Below, in pieces: positions 60,594-64,000 of a DNA stretch of 64,000 nt (its first letter is position 1; each line of letters opens with the position of its first letter). The notes below the pieces were generated by a model. That model was not told the DNA's origin and searched no databases. It saw nothing but the letters and a program-made list of their open reading frames with translations. The position numbers were made by a program, and so were the translations under genes. The stretch spans positions 89,905-153,904 of the forward strand of contig JBDKLC010000005.1 in the NCBI GenBank assembly GCA_039795775.1, written 5' to 3'. The stretch is from Candidatus Parcubacteria bacterium. Lineage in GTDB: Bacteria; Patescibacteriota; Minisyncoccia; Phycocordibacterales; CAIZLB01.

Positions 60594-61367
60594 ATGTCAT
60601 TAACTCTCCATAAAAACTGCAAATCTCTTCTTGAAGCCTTCAAATCAGGTAAGCTCGGTCAGACAGTAATGCCTGAAGATTCTAATCCTGGATTTTCTGA
60701 TAAAGATGCGGAAATGAGAATTGCATACTTTACGCTACCGATGGCTCTCAACTATCAGCGAGATAGCTACAAGCTTTGGGAAGCTGCTCTCAAGACCTTT
60801 AATGATTCTGAAACTAAGTTTGTATTTGATGTGGTCAAAGTTTCCAAAGCATCGGAAGACGATGTTCGAAAAGCTTTGATGAAATATAAGGTCGCACTTC
60901 AACCGAACAAACATATAAATACATGGAGGACAATCGCCAAGACGATAGCAAATAACTGGGGATCATTTACTAAGTTTTTTGAAGCAACACAAAATGATTT
61001 TCTGAAACTAAAGCAAATAGTAATCATTGAACACAAGAAGGGTTTCCCATATTTGTCTGGACCAAAGATATTTAATTATTGGTCTTTCATAATCAGTACT
61101 TACGGGGGTATCAAGCTAACGAATCGCGATCATATTGAAATTGCTCCTGATACTCACATCACACAGTGTTCGGTAAAGCTTGGAGTTATTACTAAAGAAG
61201 AGGCAGAGTTGCTTACTAAAGATGCTATTTCAGAACGATGGAGGGAATTGCTCAAGGAGAGCGGTATTGACCCAATTGATATGCACCCACCACTCTGGTT
61301 TTGGAGTAGAAATGGATTTGTGTTTGAAATTAATCCCTCAGAAACTCGAACCGAAAAAAGAGTATAA
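60594..61367 (+). CDS. HhH-GPD/DNA-glycosylase-like hypothetical protein
   Basis: FPYLSGPKI (HhH-like), APDTHI (catalytic Asp position), LW.WSR. Confidence 0.6.
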   Translation: MSLTLHKNCKSLLEAFKSGKLGQTVMPEDSNPGFSDKDAEMRIAYFTLPMALNYQRDSYKLWEAALKTFNDSETKFVFDVVKVSKASEDDVRKALMKYKVALQPNKHINTWRTIAKTIANNWGSFTKFFEATQNDFLKLKQIVIIEHKKGFPYLSGPKIFNYWSFIISTYGGIKLTNRDHIEIAPDTHITQCSVKLGVITKEEAELLTKDAISERWRELLKESGIDPIDMHPPLWFWSRNGFVFEINPSETRTEKRV

Positions 61368-61375
61368 TAACCACC

Positions 61376-62149
61376 ATGCTCGTATCCGTACTAATTCCAA
61401 CATACAACCGAAAACACATAATAGAACAAGCTATTCAAAGCGTGCTGAATCAATCATTCAGAGATTTTGAAGTAATTGTTGTTGATGATGGTTCAACTGA
61501 CGGTACAAAAGAATATATCGAGTCACTCAATCTTCCAATTACGCTCATTTCAAAAGAAAATGGCGGAGTGGCAAGTGCCAGAAATGAAGGGATAAAAAAC
61601 GCACGAGGTACATACATCGCATTCCTCGACTCAGATGATGCGTGGTTGCCAGATAAACTCAAAGCACAGGTTGAGTATTTTCAAGCGCACCCAGATATTC
61701 CGTTGGTATACACCGATGAATATATTGAAGTAAATGGTGAAGTGCTTCCAAAAACTAGATTTGAACGAGCCGATGTTGGAGATGAAGTGAAAAACAATTT
61801 CTTACTTTCTGGATTTGTACAGCGAACGCCAATTCATACATCTGCTGTCATGCTTAAAAAATCAGTACTCGACGAAGTAGGGTATTTTAATGAGACCTTA
61901 AAGATTCATGAGGACAGTGAGTTGTGGAATCGTATTAGTATGAAATACAAGTTTGGATATATTGATACTCCTTTGGCCATATTTCGATACAAAGATGGGG
62001 TAGACCATCTCATGAAAGATTTTCATTCAGAACCTTCAAAAGAAGAAGGTAGAAAGTATGTGAAGTTATACGAAGAAATGCATAAGGATGCTATGACTGA
62101 TGAAATCAAAAAAAGTATTGAAGAAAGTTATGCGATTTTAAACAAATGA
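61376..62149 (+). CDS. GT2-family glycosyltransferase
   Basis: VSVLIPTYNR, VVDDGSTDGT, G...ARN.G, FLDSDD, ED.ELW.R. Confidence 0.93.
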   Translation: MLVSVLIPTYNRKHIIEQAIQSVLNQSFRDFEVIVVDDGSTDGTKEYIESLNLPITLISKENGGVASARNEGIKNARGTYIAFLDSDDAWLPDKLKAQVEYFQAHPDIPLVYTDEYIEVNGEVLPKTRFERADVGDEVKNNFLLSGFVQRTPIHTSAVMLKKSVLDEVGYFNETLKIHEDSELWNRISMKYKFGYIDTPLAIFRYKDGVDHLMKDFHSEPSKEEGRKYVKLYEEMHKDAMTDEIKKSIEESYAILNK

Positions 62150-62192
62150 AAAGTGTATTTAATATCGGAATTATATTATAATGGGCTCAAAT

Positions 62193-64000
62193 ATGAGCAA
62201 GTATTTTTTCTATTTTTTGTTAATAGCAACGTTGAGCGTCACACCCGTATCTTCCGTATTTGCCGCTAAACTAGAACGTCCACTAACAGTCGGTTCTTCG
62301 GGCGACGATGTTACAGTTTTACAAGAAAATTTGAAAAAATTAGGATTCTTTAAGGCAGATGTTAATGGTTTTTTTGGCCCTATCACTAAAGCGGCGGTTG
62401 AAGCTTTTCAATTAAATAAAGGCATTGCATCTCCAAGTATGCCCGGTTTCGGTTATGTCGGTCCAAAAACTAGAGAACTATTTAACTCTATTATTGTTGG
62501 AAGTACTACCACAACTACCATAAGTGCTACCAATACGACACCAATCAAAACGGGTACTATTGAAAATAATCTATCTCTCGTACTTTCTCGTGATTTATAT
62601 GTTGGAATCCAAGGCGAAGATGTAAGACAATTGCAACTATTTCTTAAAGCTCAGGGATTTTATACCCAGCCCTCGATTACAGGTTACTTTGGCACCGTAA
62701 CAAAAAATGCGGTAGCGGCTTTTCAACGAGCTAATACTCTACCAATGACTGGACGTGTTGGACTTCAAACACGTGCAAAAATTGTTGTTAGTAACCCGCC
62801 GACAATACATATTTCTAATACAGTACCTACGCGACCCCGTATAGTTCTTTCCAGCCGACCACCTGAGCCGACGGTTGTACCTGCAACTACAGCTGGACCG
62901 AATCTCTCTGTGACTGTCTCAGAGGATGATGCTGATAATAGTGTCACACCCAACCAGTCAATCACATATACTGTTGCCATTTCGAATAGTGGAACGACTA
63001 ATGCGGGGACTTCGTTTACCGCAAATATTCCAACTGATATGGGTAATCCAGGGACATTCAGCTATTCAAACTGTGGTGGTGCAAGCGAATCGTTTGGTTC
63101 ACCGACGCTCACGGTTTCTTCTATAAGTATAAGCAAGGGAGCAACATGTACTGTTACATTTGTCATAAGTGTTGATACTCCGTTGAATGAAGGTACTGGT
63201 CTAACAGTAAGTGTGGATGTAGTCGCCGCAGCTCAAGGTGGAAATAATCCAGACTCTGTATCAGCGAGTGCTTTGACAGTAGATGCTACTCCAGCTCTCA
63301 CAGTTACATCAGCTGAAAATGATGCTGATAATACTGTCACACGTAGTCAAGATATTACATATACTCTCACAATTGATAATACTGGGGACGGTTATGCAAC
63401 TGGTGTTGATCTTACTGATACCATAGTCGGTGACGTGAGTGATGTTGGCACGTTTGGATTTTCAGGTTGCGGTTCGAACTATACAAATAATTCTTCAGGT
63501 CAGACATTGAGCGTCTCAAACGTAGAGATTGCCGTGAGCACCGACTGTATCATTACATATCATGTATCAGTAGATAGTGATGCAGATCATCAAGGAACCA
63601 TTACAAACAACGCTGATGTGGCTGCGGCAGACGAAGGCGGAAATAATCCCAATGCGACAAGTACAAGTGCACTTACTGTGGATGTGCCAATTGTATCTTA
63701 TTGGGCTGATGGTCTTTCTGTCGGAAATATGGATTCATCGACCAATTGGCAAGAGCAAAGTGGTCTTGCGACTCCACATCTAGCGGCGAACTCAAATTAT
63801 TTATGGAGTGTATCAGATTCACCAGCAAACCAAATCCAGGCTATCAACACTACAAATGCGGCTAATTTGGGTATTCTCACATTGACAGGTCAGACAGCAA
63901 TGGTCGATCTTGAAGACATTGAATGTGCATCTGTTGGTGGGACAAACTATTGCTATGCAATGGATTTTGGAAATAACGGAAACACCGCTAACTCACGTGG
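62193..64000 (+). CDS. Large exported protein with two peptidoglycan-binding domains and DUF11-like repeats (truncated by the window edge)
   Basis: Not in the ORF track. Signal peptide MSKYFFYFLLIATL..VFA, two L.VG..G.DV..LQ..L...G.FG..TK.AV..FQ repeats, then DADN.V....ITYT..I.N.G repeats. Confidence 0.85.
   Translation, partial: MSKYFFYFLLIATLSVTPVSSVFAAKLERPLTVGSSGDDVTVLQENLKKLGFFKADVNGFFGPITKAAVEAFQLNKGIASPSMPGFGYVGPKTRELFNSIIVGSTTTTTISATNTTPIKTGTIENNLSLVLSRDLYVGIQGEDVRQLQLFLKAQGFYTQPSITGYFGTVTKNAVAAFQRANTLPMTGRVGLQTRAKIVVSNPPTIHISNTVPTRPRIVLSSRPPEPTVVPATTAGPNLSVTVSEDDADNSVTPNQSITYTVAISNSGTTNAGTSFTANIPTDMGNPGTFSYSNCGGASESFGSPTLTVSSISISKGATCTVTFVISVDTPLNEGTGLTVSVDVVAAAQGGNNPDSVSASALTVDATPALTVTSAENDADNTVTRSQDITYTLTIDNTGDGYATGVDLTDTIVGDVSDVGTFGFSGCGSNYTNNSSGQTLSVSNVEIAVSTDCIITYHVSVDSDADHQGTITNNADVAAADEGGNNPNATSTSALTVDVPIVSYWADGLSVGNMDSSTNWQEQSGLATPHLAANSNYLWSVSDSPANQIQAINTTNAANLGILTLTGQTAMVDLEDIECASVGGTNYCYAMDFGNNGNTANSR

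Overview
Bacterial chromosome segment in genetic code 11. It most likely comes from a Patescibacteria/CPR (Parcubacteria-like) organism; this is inferred from the hinge-less short SMC, the rpsP-khpA-trmD cluster without rimM, the NusB-NUDIX fusion, the sortase, the type IV pilus genes and the near-leaderless genes. The backbone is housekeeping: thrS, dnaE, rnhB, rpmF, nusB, rnc, smc, rnr, rpsP, khpA, trmD, rpoB, rpoC, dnaG, rpoD, a UvrD-nuclease fusion, dsbA, hisS, truB, gpmI, eno, dus, dnaX and tRNA-Gln. It is interspersed with self-contained orphan transcription units. The most notable items are: (1) an attenuator-controlled operon at the left edge (leader peptide, antiterminator and terminator) encoding a possible class I aaRS-like ligase, a PIG-L deacetylase and a GT4 glycosyltransferase, which mirrors mycothiol/bacillithiol biosynthetic logic; (2) two hairpin-dense regions bounded by a promoter and a terminator that look like ncRNAs; (3) boxA-like motifs in orphan-gene leaders, in a window that also encodes a NusB-NUDIX fusion; (4) a tRNA-Gln-linked island with a palindromic element, a wHTH + HEPN-like gene pair, an OLD-like ABC-TOPRIM nuclease and a probable recombinase remnant; (5) a sortase with an adjacent VPDTG substrate. 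All family assignments come from reading motifs by eye; no database search was run.
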